A stretch of 64,000 nt of DNA from positions 62,001-126,000 of the forward strand of contig NW_021831988.1 in NCBI RefSeq assembly GCF_006345805.1. Reading direction: 5' to 3'. A program made the translations under genes and the position numbers. The notes beneath the pieces are model-generated. The model made no database searches, was not told the origin of the DNA, and saw only the letters and a list, made by a program, of their open reading frames with translations. Shown here piece after piece: positions 1 to 12,223 of this stretch (its first letter is position 1; every line of letters begins with the position of its first letter). The DNA is from Octopus sinensis (lineage: Eukaryota).

Positions 1-173
1 CGGATGAGCAAATTACATGGACAAATATGCCCTGAAATTTGCTTTTTCAAAATTTTCCGAAAATTTGACAGGAACCAAAAACAAAAAATTTGAGAGATTT
101 TACTGCATGTATTTTCATTTGAAGTCTACCTTACCAATCCTTTAAGCATTTCACTTGCCCAGTACTCATTCAT
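1..173 (-). CDS. 5' part of a hypothetical protein gene running off the window
   Basis: ATG at 173. Removing a 27-nt GT-AG intron (gtagacttcaaatgaaaatacatgcag) gives the open frame MNEYWASEMLKGLVSKISQIFCFWFLSNFRKILKK to the window edge. No homolog recognised. Confidence 0.4.
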
Positions 174-240
174 TTGTTAAATCAAACATAAAAACAGCAT
201 TTAGGAACAGAACATAATTAAAAACAACAAAATGACACAG

Positions 241-1620
241 TCAATTGGAAGATCCTTTATGCCGAACAAAATTCCGCTTAAAAAACTTTTTCCGTGAACT
301 AGTCGGTCTAGAAAAACGATTAAAATTGTTGGATGGTGAATCAACGTTGTTTGGCTGAGAAGACACTTCCACACGCTGGTCATCCATTCTTGTGAGATGC
401 ATTCTGTCAAATAACTCATTCAGCTGGGATATTTGGGGAGGTGACTTATTGAAGGAAGCAGGAGAGACCCGCTGGTCGTTGAGTCTTCCCCCATCCACCC
501 GCTCAATCAATTCTTCCAACGACTCGTTTAGTACAGGCACAGAATTGAGTTGACACAACCACTTGCTGGCATTCTCAATACCAGAATTAGTCCTCACACA
601 ACACTCGTGGTGTCTCTCCGCATATTTTATTGCATCCTTGACCAAACCAAGACTATGAAAACACTCGCTAATGACGAGAGACACTTGCAGTGCCCGCTGG
701 GGATCATCCCTGACTTGGGAATAAACTTTCTCGTACACCTCCAACGCCTTGATGTACTGCTCGGTCATCCAATATGAATATGCTAACGTCTCCATTGTTA
801 GTAGACGCGATGGCCAGTCAGAATGGGCGTGGTCGATGGCAGAGGAATACCACGGAATGGCCTCCTCGATTTGATCAGAGAGAAGAAAACAATTTCCAAT
901 ATTCACTTGGCAATCCGACACCAAAAACGAGTCCCCCGCCTTCCTGGCCTCCTCCAACCTCTGTTCATTAAATAGTCAAATCAACCAATTTATAATACTT
1001 CCTGGCGATGGGAAAGTGCCCGTTCAAATAAAAGCAGTAAGCCAGAAAGCCATGTGCATTCCCCAAATAATCCGAAGACGAAATATAATGTTTAATGTAG
1101 TAAGCAGATTTATCCAATAATTGATGGACTTTATTCTCCTCCAAATCCGGTCTTCTGGACATGATTAGATAGACTACTGCCAATGTCCAAAATGCCTTCC
1201 CCTTTAATTCCTTTCCATTTAAATGACTGCTATACTTTATTACGCAGTGAATTGGCTATTTTCATTTGAGAAGTCGTCAGGTCAATGGCATCGTCGAATC
1301 TGCCAAGTAGGCTGAGAACAGTCGCGACATTCCCCACTGCCTGTGCCTCCCCCATTCGATCTTTGATGTCCCTGTGAGTTATATTGAACGTGATACATGT
1401 TCAGAGATAAGTCCTTTTTGAATAAATTTAAGGAATCTTCATATTTCTCGAGATAAAAATAGGAACTTCCAAGGTGAGAATAAATTGAGCTTAAAAGCCG
1501 TTTATTGCCAGTACCAGCTTCTATGGCCTCTTCCAACAATTTGGCTGCTCCATTATAGTCCCGATTAACAAATCTTTGGGCACCGTGGAAGGCTAGTACG
1601 TCGCAGTTGGGAGAAGTCAT
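241..1620 (-). CDS. GPSM2: G-protein signalling modulator (Pins/LGN/AGS3): TPR repeats plus GoLoco motifs
   Basis: N-terminus CDVLAFHG..AIEAGTGNKRLLSSIYSHLGSSYFYL resembles LGN (CLELALEG..AVQVGTEDLKTLSAIYSQLGNAYFYL). Two GoLoco motifs: ELIERVDGGRLNDQR and ELFDRMHLTRMDDQR. Three 25-nt introns. Confidence 0.85.
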
Positions 1621-1964
1621 TATATTGAGTGCTTGGTGGGTACTATTTAAACCAATATGCACCACAACAACAAAGTAATATTATTTAGCGCTCGATATTA
1701 CTAATTTAAATAGTTTAATTACAAACAAGGCTTTCTATAATACCAATAAATAAAATCCAGACGTCAACGTCAAAGAAAGGGGAAAAAAGTAATTTGTGTT
1801 TTGCAGTTAACAAAGGAGTAATAAAGCAAAAGATTATATTAGATATAAAAGTGAGTGATTCGAATAAGTAATTTAGCGGAAGTAAAAAAAGTGAAAAAAC
1901 ATGACATTCAAAAGTAAGAAATCAATCAAAATGGAAGAATCAAAAAATCAGATTAAGTAAGAAA

Positions 1965-3003
1965 TCAGAATGCAAAAACCAAATCCATATTGACGCCCAG
2001 TTTCTTTAGATTTGGTTTACATGCAATGTTTATCATGGGGGAGGCCCACACAACAAAACCAAAACATTATCTGCTATTCCTGGACAGCAGTTTGCGATCA
2101 TATCCCCAGAAATATAACCAACACTCCCATTATAGTCCTCAACCCCCTCACCCACACTATCAACTGTAAATGAAAGTCTAAATCTCCTAGCAAATTGATG
2201 TTCCATAAGAACCAGTCTCTCCCTCAAAAGAATGTCATGAACAGTCTACAATAGCAAATATAAAATTACTCGGTTAGCAAACAAAAGGGTGAATTGAGTG
2301 AGGTCGAATTCATCTGCGAACGAGGCCTCGAGAATCTGGAACATGGGAGTTATTCCACTCCCCCCAGCAATCATCAATACACGCTTATAATGTTCTTTCG
2401 GGCATTTTTGTCTTTGAAAATATCCTACAGAATTATTAAAAATGTAAATTTAATTCGATAAAACTATTCAATTAACCTCTTCCGAGATATTCGATTTTAC
2501 CAAATGGGCCATTAAATGTCACTGAGTCCCCAACCTTACATTGGTCCAAATATTGTGTCATTTTCCCGCCGGCGGGAAATTTAGGGTGAACATTCGGGTG
2601 GTAAACCTCGGAATTAATAATATAAATACTTTAATCAACAGATCAAAACTCCCTTTGGTGTTGAAATTTGATACAGGAGTGTATTTTCGGCATACAGTCT
2701 CCCCCTGAATGTCGGCATGGACACAAAGACAATTTCCAACAGGGAGGCCAAGGACATGTTCAGTGGTGGGGAGTCCCACAGTCAGGATAATAGTATCAGC
2801 AGAGATATTCTATGTATTGGCTATGCTTGATATGCCTGTCTGTCTATTATTTTCAGATTATGTATGGTTGACTGATCTTTCAGAAGTTTCAATTCGTTTT
2901 TCTTGGAATATTTTAGAAATATATAAATGACGATTGACACAATAATTAATAATACAGACAAATATGTGCTAAACTAATAATAATACAACATCATGAAAAC
3001 CAT
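1965..3003 (-). CDS. CYB5R3: NADH-cytochrome b5 reductase with N-terminal membrane anchor
   Basis: Motifs [40 protein letters not shown] and CGPPPMI. Five introns of 27, 26 (GC-AG), 23, 52 and 24 nt. Confidence 0.93.
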
Positions 3004-3097
3004 GCTGCCCAATTAAATACCATCAAACTGTATTTTATTAAAATTGACAATTTTTATTAAATAATACCAAAATATTAAATTGTTCATTGATTTAAAG

Positions 3098-4504
3098 CAG
3101 GGGTGCGCAAGCTTTTTGGGTTTGCGGCCGCATAGCATTTTTTTTTCTTTCTCTTCCACGGCCGCACATTTTCTGCATTATTTTTTCGATATTAATATAG
3201 TAAATTTTTTTAATTATTAAAAGTGACCGCATAAGTTGCCCATTGTCATCGAGACCAAATGAGTTCTTAGACAGGATATGCTCTCGTTCATCAGGGACAT
3301 CATATTATTAAAATAAATAATTATTTCATGGACAAAAGATAAGAAAGAAGGAAAATTAATTAAAAGAAATGTATTATACAAGTTATTCTAAGTACGGCCA
3401 GGATCTTTGGTATTTTTTGCGAGCTTATTGAAATCCACTGGTAGGGTAGATATCATTATGCGCAAACATGACTCTAAGTTTGCATAAGTTATCCGAGATC
3501 TATATTGACTTTTTAAATATTTCATTTTGGAAAATGTAGACTCACATAATATGTGCTTCCGAATAAAACGAGAATATTTCTTGCCATTTCACGTAAATTT
3601 GGATAATCTGTCGCTGATTTTCACACATTCAACAATCTTCGCTTTCATTAAATATTTATCAAATTAAATCATTTTTTAATTTCAATAATTCAATTTGAAA
3701 TTCCAATGGCGCATTCTCTCCCCTTGGCTGAAGACTAAGCTATGGATAATGGATTTGGATGGTCGTGAGTTCGATTCCGAAGGAGGACAGTTTTCAATCC
3801 TGGGGCTAATTCTCGTTATCGTTCCCCTCCCGTGAGGCAACGAGTACTTCTGGCAACGACACAGTTGGAAATGGGGATCTCTTACCTTCCGGGCTTAGCG
3901 TGGCGTTACGGGGTCCACCATGTCAGTTGGAATTCCTTCGGATATGGCACACGCTCAGGAGGCACTTAATGCCTTCCGAAAAAGGACTCTTAGCTTCTCA
4001 GACCCTGGGACAATCGTCGTCTCAGGCCGATCTTGCGGGAAGGATTGAACCTTTCAGAAGGATCTCCCTCGTTGGATCGGCGATCACGGGATTAACTATA
4101 ATTACTGGCTTGCCCGTATTGGTCTTTAATAATAAATAATAATATAATAATGGCGCATTCTCATCGAAACAGTATGTGGTGCTGCAGTAATTGAAGTTTG
4201 AGTTCAATTTTTTTAAATTCGTTAAATCGCTCTTCAAATTGTTTCAAAATATAATCGACTGTAGTATTAAATGTATTTGGTGTAAGATCGTCATAATTAA
4301 TTATTTTGTCATCAATGAGATCAATGAGGTTAACCATTATATAAAAATAGAATTTTATTTAATATGAATATTTTTAATTATTATTTAGGGTTTTTCTTGA
4401 TTAATTAACACTATGAGCATTATATTTAAGATTAGTTGCTCGATGACCTAATTGTGCCCACGGCCGCACATTCATCGACTCTCGGCCGCACTTGCGCACC
4501 CCTG
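3098..4504 (-). mobile_element. Non-autonomous hAT (Buster/Charlie-type) DNA transposon
   Basis: Perfect 14-bp TIR caggggtgcgcaag/cttgcgcacccctg. 8-bp TSD atttaaag at 3090-3097 and 4505-4512. Decayed transposase C-terminus on the minus strand (CESTFSKMKYLKSQYRSRITYANLESCLRI). Confidence 0.92.
3719..4148 (+). mobile_element. tRNA-derived SINE nested in the hAT element
   Basis: 14-bp TSD aatggcgcattctc at 3705-3718 and 4149-4162. A-box-like tggctgaagact, B-box gagttcgattcc, GC-rich body and (TAA)n tail. Confidence 0.82.
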
Positions 4505-4612
4505 ATTTAAAGCAATCCATATTGGACATTTTAAATACCATTTTTAGAACAAATGGGAATCGTTAGCCAAACTCAAGACAAACAAATTAAGACTTTTATC
4601 AAACAAAACAGT

Positions 4613-5413
4613 TTAAGTACTTTGAGGTTGTTCGGTCTCAGTTGTATCAGCATCAGCGGTATTAATGAGAGGAGGGGGAGGACATGGAGTGTGGAGTAGT
4701 GGGGCTGACACAACAGGAGAAAGTGCAGTAGAGGATGGTAAAATGGGGGCAGTCTGTCCAGGCACAAAGAATAGACTGGTCGGAATGACTTTCCCACCAG
4801 CCAAAGTCGTAGCTAAGGGTATCCCAATCGTCTGATTCCTGTACTCGGCCAGCTGTTCTACCAACAAATTATTCGTGGCTCTCAGATCTGAAATTTGCTG
4901 CTCAATTTGAGTGACCCTTGCTCGAAGGTGAATATTCTCCTCCAAAAGTGACACTCTGAAAATCTCAAAACACCAACCCAACCTCTGAGACTTTTCATAG
5001 AGAAGAGTATCGACAGTCCGTTCATACTGATGGCGTTTGGCTGCCCCGAACTCAGATTCAGTGGAGACGGGGGAGTGCAATTCCATCATGTACTCTGACT
5101 TGGAGATGTGTCTGTATCGACATTTCCCATCCCTCCGACACTGTCCATTCAAGTAGTCCTTGCAGGGAGGGACATAGTAAGGTGGCTGCATGTGCTGCTG
5201 CCTATAATATGGATTGTAGCTGCCATATGCCGCCGGCAGGAGAGCTCCGCGAGGTACATGCAGGTATTTACAGCTTAGACGTGTGCATCTTCCGTTTTGA
5301 AAGTCGTGACAAATTGGAGTCATTTCGTGGGCTTCTGGAGGGTAACAGTATTCGTTCGGGGTTTGATTCTCTGTATAGTCGTTTGCAGAATAATAATTGT
5401 GATTTTGTTCCAT
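4613..5413 (-). CDS. ZC3H10: CCCH zinc-finger protein, ZC3H10-like
   Basis: Two CCCH fingers (CHDFQNGRCTRLSCKYLH and CKDYLNGQCRRDGKCRYRH) and the coiled coil LLEENIHLRARVTQIEQQISDLRATNNLLVEQ typical of ZC3H10. Probable 27-nt intron at 4956-4982. Confidence 0.75.
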   Translation of the reverse strand: MEQNHNYYSANDYTENQTPNEYCYPPEAHEMTPICHDFQNGRCTRLSCKYLHVPRGALLPAAYGSYNPYYRQQHMQPPYYVPPCKDYLNGQCRRDGKCRYRHISKSEYMMELHSPVSTESEFGAAKRHQYERTVDTLLYEKSQRLGWCFEIFRVSLLEENIHLRARVTQIEQQISDLRATNNLLVEQLAEYRNQTIGIPLATTLAGGKVIPTSLFFVPGQTAPILPSSTALSPVVSAPLLHTPCPPPPLINTADADTTETEQPQST

Positions 5414-5989
5414 TGTTTTGAAATATAAACGCCTTTTAAAATCAAATAAAGCCCACAACAAGGCAGTATATAATATCTAAAAAATCAATATTAAATACAT
5501 AAACACATTTTTAATTAATAAAATATACAACTCTATTAACTCAATTCTCATCAATTTCATTAAGTAAAATTATTATCGTTCAATTTAAAAATCCTTAACG
5601 AACCGGCCTTGTTCTGAGGCGCAGGCATTTCTTATTTGTTTATCCGGATTGCTCGTCAATTGTCTTCCGAAGTCGATCTTTGGTTCCTTGATGACGTCAA
5701 GTTTGGTGGACCTTTGTAGGTTCAAAAATGATGACACAAAAATTATTTCTAGATTTACTTCTATCGGACTCGCTCTCAACAAATTCAAAATCCATCAGAA
5801 TTTAAATCTATCTTCTCAACTTCAACTCTGTTCTCTTTCCTTCTTCTGAAAAGTGCGAGTTATTGGAATATGCAACTGGTGGCAACAAGTGGGTTTCTCG
5901 GGGGCTTAAAAGGAACTGGGATAACATATATTGTTTGCACATACTCGAAGATATCCGCTTACACCCCGACTAGTTTCAGTTGGTAAGTA

Positions 5990-6310
5990 TTAAATGTGCT
6001 TGTCAGCCACATTCGGCTGATTGGCTTAATTCGTAACTGATCTCGTCAGCCGATATGTTTCTGGACAACAAATCAGTCCGCATTGGAATTTGTATACGCT
6101 TTGGCATTAAGATTTCCTAGCCGCATAATTGTAGATGTGGAAAAACTCATCGACAGGAGGATCGGCTACACCCTCTCTCTTGTAGGATAATTGGACCCAA
6201 AGCTCTCAAACTACCCTCAGAGATTGGTTCAGCCATCTCTAGTACAAATCACGACGGTCGTGAAACGAGCTGGCTTTTTCAACAAATATCGTTCGCGATA
6301 TTAAATTAGC
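5990..6310 (+). mobile_element. CRE-clade (RLE) non-LTR retrotransposon fragment
   Basis: Decayed ADWLNS..FLDNKSVRIGICIRFG and GIIGPKALKL..ETSWLFQQISFAIL. Nucleotide similarity to the reverse complement of 52370-52490. Confidence 0.7.
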
Positions 6311-6389
6311 GAACAGTTCATGTTCTTCAATATTTATAACTACTAAAAAAATTTTTAAGCTTAAGACTGCTCGACTTATTCAAACCATA

Positions 6390-7190
6390 AATTAGTTGCA
6401 GCAAAAATATAACGAAAATGTCCGACCACGTGCTGTCTACAATTTAAAGCAAAAAGTCAATTTTTTTATTGGTACTGACACTAAAGAAATGCAGTCAATA
6501 AAAATAATGGTGGCATGTACCACATTCAAAATACAGAAGATGGTTCTTTATTATTTCATTTCAAACAAAAGAACAATTGCCAATCCTACAAAAATATCCT
6601 CCAGTTATTGTCACGGACTTGACATATAAAACAAATTCTAATTTAATGTTGCTATTAACACTTTATGGAGGCCTTCCTGTTTTCCACTCATACACCACCA
6701 GTGCAAAACTAATATATTTAATTCGGCTATACATCTTAAATAAAGCATGCCAAGAGACAGTGTTGACCCATTCTATAATAGTGGAGATTTATAGGAATGA
6801 AACTATACGGAAGTTTGAAGATGATGCAACAAATCATGCGAAATCAACCACCAAGAAATCACGGCGTTCTTTGATGTTTAGAAAAGTCTTTCAGAGTCAG
6901 TGAAATGATTATGAAATATAAGCATCTTTGGACAGAAACTTGAACAAGAACTTGATTACACGGAAGCATCAAGATGCTAGACCTGTAGACACATATTAAG
7001 CACAAATATTAATATCCATAAGCTTTAATAGAGTTTTCAATTTTCTACATAAATGTGAACTACATCATAATATTCAAATCAAAACAGAACAGGTTGAGAA
7101 TGCTAGAAACAATAATCTGACCAAAATGTTTAAATATACTAAGCCAACAAAGATTTCTATAAAAAAGAGACCAAATCAAAAGTAAAACTT
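6390..7190 (+). mobile_element. Mutator-like (MULE) transposase relic
   Basis: VIVTDLTYKTNSNLMLLLTLYG resembles the MULE first catalytic D motif (DxTYKTN). Upstream RAVYNLKQK. Frameshifted. Confidence 0.55.
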
Positions 7191-7612
7191 TAGAAAAAAG
7201 AAACAAAAAAAACCGATGTTTTTTTCTTCATTAAAGTAGTTCTTTAATATGAAAAATATTGTTAAAAATGCATACATAAATAACCTGAAAAAATTAATAA
7301 AGCTGTCTTGATGCAGAATGCAATCGTGAAATGATGAGGGATCACTGCTATTAAATATTCAACTCTATTTCAGGTGTGAATAGCATCCAGGAATAATGCA
7401 ACTCGTATAGAACAAAAATCCGCGTGATAAAATGGCCATCCAATTATTAAACTGGAAATTTACACAAGACATTGCTGTTTCCGCAAATCCTGCCAGGAAT
7501 GGTTATTTTGATGACAAATTACTTTTTGAGAACTTGACCGCATTGTCACAGAAACTATAAATCTGAAATTTCGTGTCAAAATAACGTCAAAGATTAAATT
7601 AAGTTAAAATTA

Positions 7613-8208
7613 TTAAAAATTATGTTTGTGGTATCCATTTCGTTCTTTTCCAAGTTTTTCGATGACAGCGATTGCGTTTCGTAAAATGCTTAGTTTGGTC
7701 TGAGGTTTTTTTATAGATATAAATTCGCCACAAATTTTCCCTAACTCGAAAAAAGCTGAATTTATATTTTTCACTCGATTCCTCTCTCGGTGGTTGTTTG
7801 CCAGTCTTTTGACATTATCAGACCAGTTTTTCTTGTTTTCTCTAAATCGCGTTATTTATACGAGAGACCTGCCAATATAATTTTCAGATTCATCACGATC
7901 TTTGTCATGTTGATATCCAATTTTTGTTATTTCTGAAAATAAAAAGGTCTTTCTTACCGTTTTCTGTAGCTCCAGAGTTTACCGTCTGAAAGTGATTTGT
8001 ATATTCCTACGAAACTCAAAACCGTTTTGGTACGCTGGAAGGATGATAATTTACTTCCGAAGTATTATAGTGGTGGTATCCCAGACAGTTGAATATGTCA
8101 TTATTCGAATACATGTAGCTTGGAATATATTGATGTCCCATCTACAGTCATGTCAATTCTTACCTCTTTGTGTGAGATGTGGCTGTAGTTGTTGGAGTTT
8201 TCGTTCAT
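7613..8208 (-). CDS. Class I bHLH E-protein (daughterless/E2A/TCF3-TCF4-TCF12 family), very short
   Basis: Last exon KRLANNHRERNRVKNINSAFFELGKICGEFISIKKPQTKLSILRNAIAVI matches the E-protein bHLH ([43 protein letters not shown]). Introns of 22, 27, 25 and 27 nt. Start codon uncertain. Confidence 0.85.
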
Positions 8209-10963
8209 CAAATTTCTAAAAAATATTTTCTTTAGGTTCAAATTTATTACTAAGTTAACTAAAAGAACATTTCCGAGATAATATATAGTCAACAGTAAGT
8301 ACTAAAACTGCCATGTCACCAGATCACGTCACATAACGAAGTTTCACTTGTCAAAACTAGCATTAGCTTTGTCAGTGTTAGACTAATTACTACACCTCTC
8401 TCAAAGTTCTTGAATTCTTAACTAATATGATTAAATTTGAATTAATGACTATCAGAAACGCGATAAGGATCCTTCACCTGTTGGCTGCTGTAACTGAACG
8501 GAAAGTGTGAGAAAGTGATTTTTATTCGTTAGAATATGTTCGCTGCTAATTGTCGGGTTGTCTGTCGCTGCGGGACATGCATTAAGGGCAGAAAGAATTT
8601 AACTAAAATTTGAATTGACGGCCAATTAACTCATTATTTCAGAAATTAAAAAATATAGTTAAAATCAATTATTATATTAGTGTCTTCATTGATTTTTTAC
8701 TTAATATAAAACTAAGAATACAATTTTTGCGAGAGAACCTCAAAAAGAAAACTGAGAGGACCAACGAGTAATTATTTGGAATTCACAAATAAAATTTATG
8801 CAGTTATATTTGATAATTGCATGTCTGTATGTGCACAGCATGTTTAGTAAAGCAATTGTTTATTGTTTTTATCTGTGAATAATATATTTCAAACATTTAG
8901 TCTTTATTCTTCTTAAAAATGTTTTTCTTTGAGAAATTCTAACATAAATGAAAAAAACTGCCGAATTGAAAATATTAATAAGGTTTGTCTTCTTTCCTGG
9001 CAACTTTACAGCTGACTCATCAAGTCACGACATCTTTTCTTGTTGTATTTTAATAAGCAAACTGACTCCTATGAAAGTCAACTGGCACTCCTAGTTTTTC
9101 GGTTATCGAATATATTACTGGATATATTCTGAACGGAATATCTATATTCAGTTTTGAATAGTCAGTTCGTAATGTTGTGTCTACTCCTGTTTTAACAGAA
9201 TTATTTAATGCAATTTATTGAATTTTATGTGTTTTTATTTTTCTGTAGTCTTCATTATAATAGAAATACTTAAATTATGTTTTTGAAGTCAGATGTTTTT
9301 ACTTATATCTAATTCTTGCGTTTTCTAATTATTAATAGTCAAACTAATCTTTTTGTGATAAAATATCTTTTTACAAATAAAAATGCATTTTTGTGAATTA
9401 AATGGACAGGTCGGAATATTCTGATTATCCACTTTGATGACTCAAATATCAACCGATCAGTGTCTGAGGACATAAATAACTCTTCAGATCTCATACCATA
9501 GTTTTTTGGCAATTAATCTTGAAGTTAGAACGACAACAAATTAATTCTTTTTATCATGGAGAATTAATTATACTCAATATTTCAATCTAAGTTGATACAA
9601 ATTGAATCAACGAACGTAGAAATTGTTAATTTAAATAATATGTCCGTCAAAACAAATGAATTTTCGACCCCGTCTAAAATTTGAAATGTGCAGACTCAAA
9701 GCAATTAATTTAGCCAACTAAAATAAATCTCATTTCTTGTTGTAACAAATTTCTGTGCAATGCATCAAATGACAATTCCAGAGCACAATTGTAAGAATAG
9801 TCATAGGAACTATCTGGTCTATCTAGAAAAAGCTTCTCGAAAAAACAAAAGGAAAATTTACTGAAGTTGGTGGCGCTCATACAAGAGGGCAACACCTTCT
9901 CCGAAAGTGACGGTTGTGATTACACTCGTTAGAGCAGGGGTGATGTCAACAGCGAAGTCTTGCAAGAATCCACGTTCCTTTCTTGGCAATAGTAACTCTG
10001 ATTCATCGATTTCTGGAAACAGTTCTTTTTGGTGACATAAATATGGAGATTGATATGAAGAAAATTGAACAAATAAATTAATAGTACGTTTGTGAAAAAT
10101 GGATTCTGATCTCAGGAAACTAATTTTGGTTTTCCTTAAAACTTATTTGCCCAAAGTTATCTTTAATAAAGGAAAAAATAACAAGAACGCTTAAAATGAA
10201 GAAATCTGCAAATTGAGAAAAGAAAAACAAAGATTATATAGGAAATTACCAAGATTTGTCGATGCCTTGAATCAACAAGAACTCAGAATTAGAATTTATA
10301 ATATTCAAAAGATCATTATTACAAAAACTAAATAAGAGGAAAATAAATCTTGGAGAAGCAAAAGTTGAATAAAAAGAAATATTAGTGATCCAGTTGATTA
10401 TATTCTTTTACTTGCAATGATTGAATAATCATGATTACATAAGTAGTAATATTTAAAAATTTTTAATCTGATGAGAAAAGACGACTGTTGAATTTTGTAT
10501 TTTAAAAGTATTAACAATAATCTTCAACATTCTTTCCGATTACAAATTCTTATATTTGATCAAATTTGATGTTTTATTTTAAACTAAATGAAAGTGTATT
10601 CACCATAAACAGATCTTATACATTTAATAGAACAAAAAAGTGAACAAGGTAGATATCAAAGAATTGTGGTTTCTTTTGAAAGTAAATTATAAATTGATTT
10701 GGAAGTACCTCAACCAATTATCATACAAACTAGAAATAACGACAGTAAATAAAAAATCAAAAACACAATGAATAACAATTACAAACTAATTACAATTATC
10801 AACAAACATCAATAAATTAAATTCCACTCGAATTGTCTGATATAATGATTAATAGAACTATAAACAAAAGATAATCCAAAACAATCATCTGTTGCCAGGA
10901 ATATAACCAACTGACTTTAACAAATCAAAAAATATAAATAGCCAAAATCAGAGTCAATAATAA

Positions 10964-11720
10964 CTAAAACTCTCCAGAACTGAAATCAAGAAGCCTCGGA
11001 AATTTGACTTTCCTTTCGGATAACAGACTCTGAGAGTGACTGAGCGTAGACATCATAATTCGAATATCGGGGTTGGGATATATTTGAAAATAATCCTGCA
11101 GCCCAGAAATGACATCACTGGCTAACTGGAGTGAGTCAATTAGATTAGACGACCTGATCCCGTCTGCCAAGATCCAGTAACTCGTCATATTCCTTGATGT
11201 GGAACGGTCTCTGGAGAACCAAAAGCATCAGAACGGACTGTGTCCTGCTCATCAAGTCACTGTCACGTTCACAAAGTCGACTCAAATGGGTGTGGATGAA
11301 CTCAAGTGATTCTTCCACGTTCTGTCCCCTCACAAGCTCAATCAATTCCTGAATCTACCACTCAGTCCACATGGACAAACCAAACACTCGCAAAGGATGT
11401 CCTGCCGCTGGTGAAAGAAGCCCGGACATTGCCTGATCAAGGACACTCTGGCACTCCTTAATTCCCCTTTGATGATATTTTCCCGAGTATTTTTAAATAA
11501 AAAGGTCATTTTATTATCCTGGTCATCCACTTGGCTTATTTTAGCTTCTTTTCTGAACTGCTCTGAAATATCCGCAAAGCCGGCTACAAAAGTATTAAAC
11601 TGCCACCCAACAAAAGCGGAGAAAGTTGTAAACCATTCGATTACATTCCCCGTTTGAATCCTTTGTTTTTACTTCCTTCAACCACAAGTCGTGATCAATT
11701 TGGACATGGTTATCGGGCAT
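10964..11720 (-). CDS. GID8: GID8/Twa1 CTLH-complex subunit (LisH-CTLH-CRA)
   Basis: LWLKEV..NRMVYNFL..GFADISEQFRKE, IELVRGQNVEESLEF and C-terminal KVKFPRLLDFSSGEF (human KVKYPKMTDLSKG). Introns of 28, 26 and 28 nt. Confidence 0.8.
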
Positions 11721-12223
11721 TGACTCTGTTGTTGTGGAAGCGTCAATTCTGCTTTACATTATTTTAACATTTACCGATTCCGTCTTCGAAGATGGGGGAG
11801 TCTATAAATCATCAGCTGATCACAATTCTGCAAAATAATAATAATAACAAACATAAACTACACTAACAAAATAAAAGCAAACTATTATTTATTTAAAATC
11901 AGTTAAATCGACAATTTTAACACACAGTTAATTCACATTAATGCTATAAAAAAGTAGAACTCCGCATAAATGACTGACATGGGAAAATTGGCATTTCTTA
12001 TCAACTCAATAGAGACCCCTAAATGAACACTGAACGGGAAAATATGAATATATGCTGCTGATTAGACTGTATTATGTCCAATTCCGCTCAGTTGCCTACA
12101 CGTTCTGATACTTTCAATACTCCCATTTGGTCTACAAACTCACTAATATTCACTGATATAATGGACAAATAATGAACAAATAGAACTACCAAGTATTCCA
12201 AAGACAGAAAAAACAAGAATAAA

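Noticed and set aside
2425-2476. 52-nt CYB5R intron as two fused 26-nt introns (recursive splicing)
   Set aside because: No AG/GT junction near the midpoint. It has an ordinary pyrimidine-rich end.
3719-3790. Functional tRNA gene
   Set aside because: No clean cloverleaf or T-run terminator. It is flanked by a TSD and continues into a SINE body.
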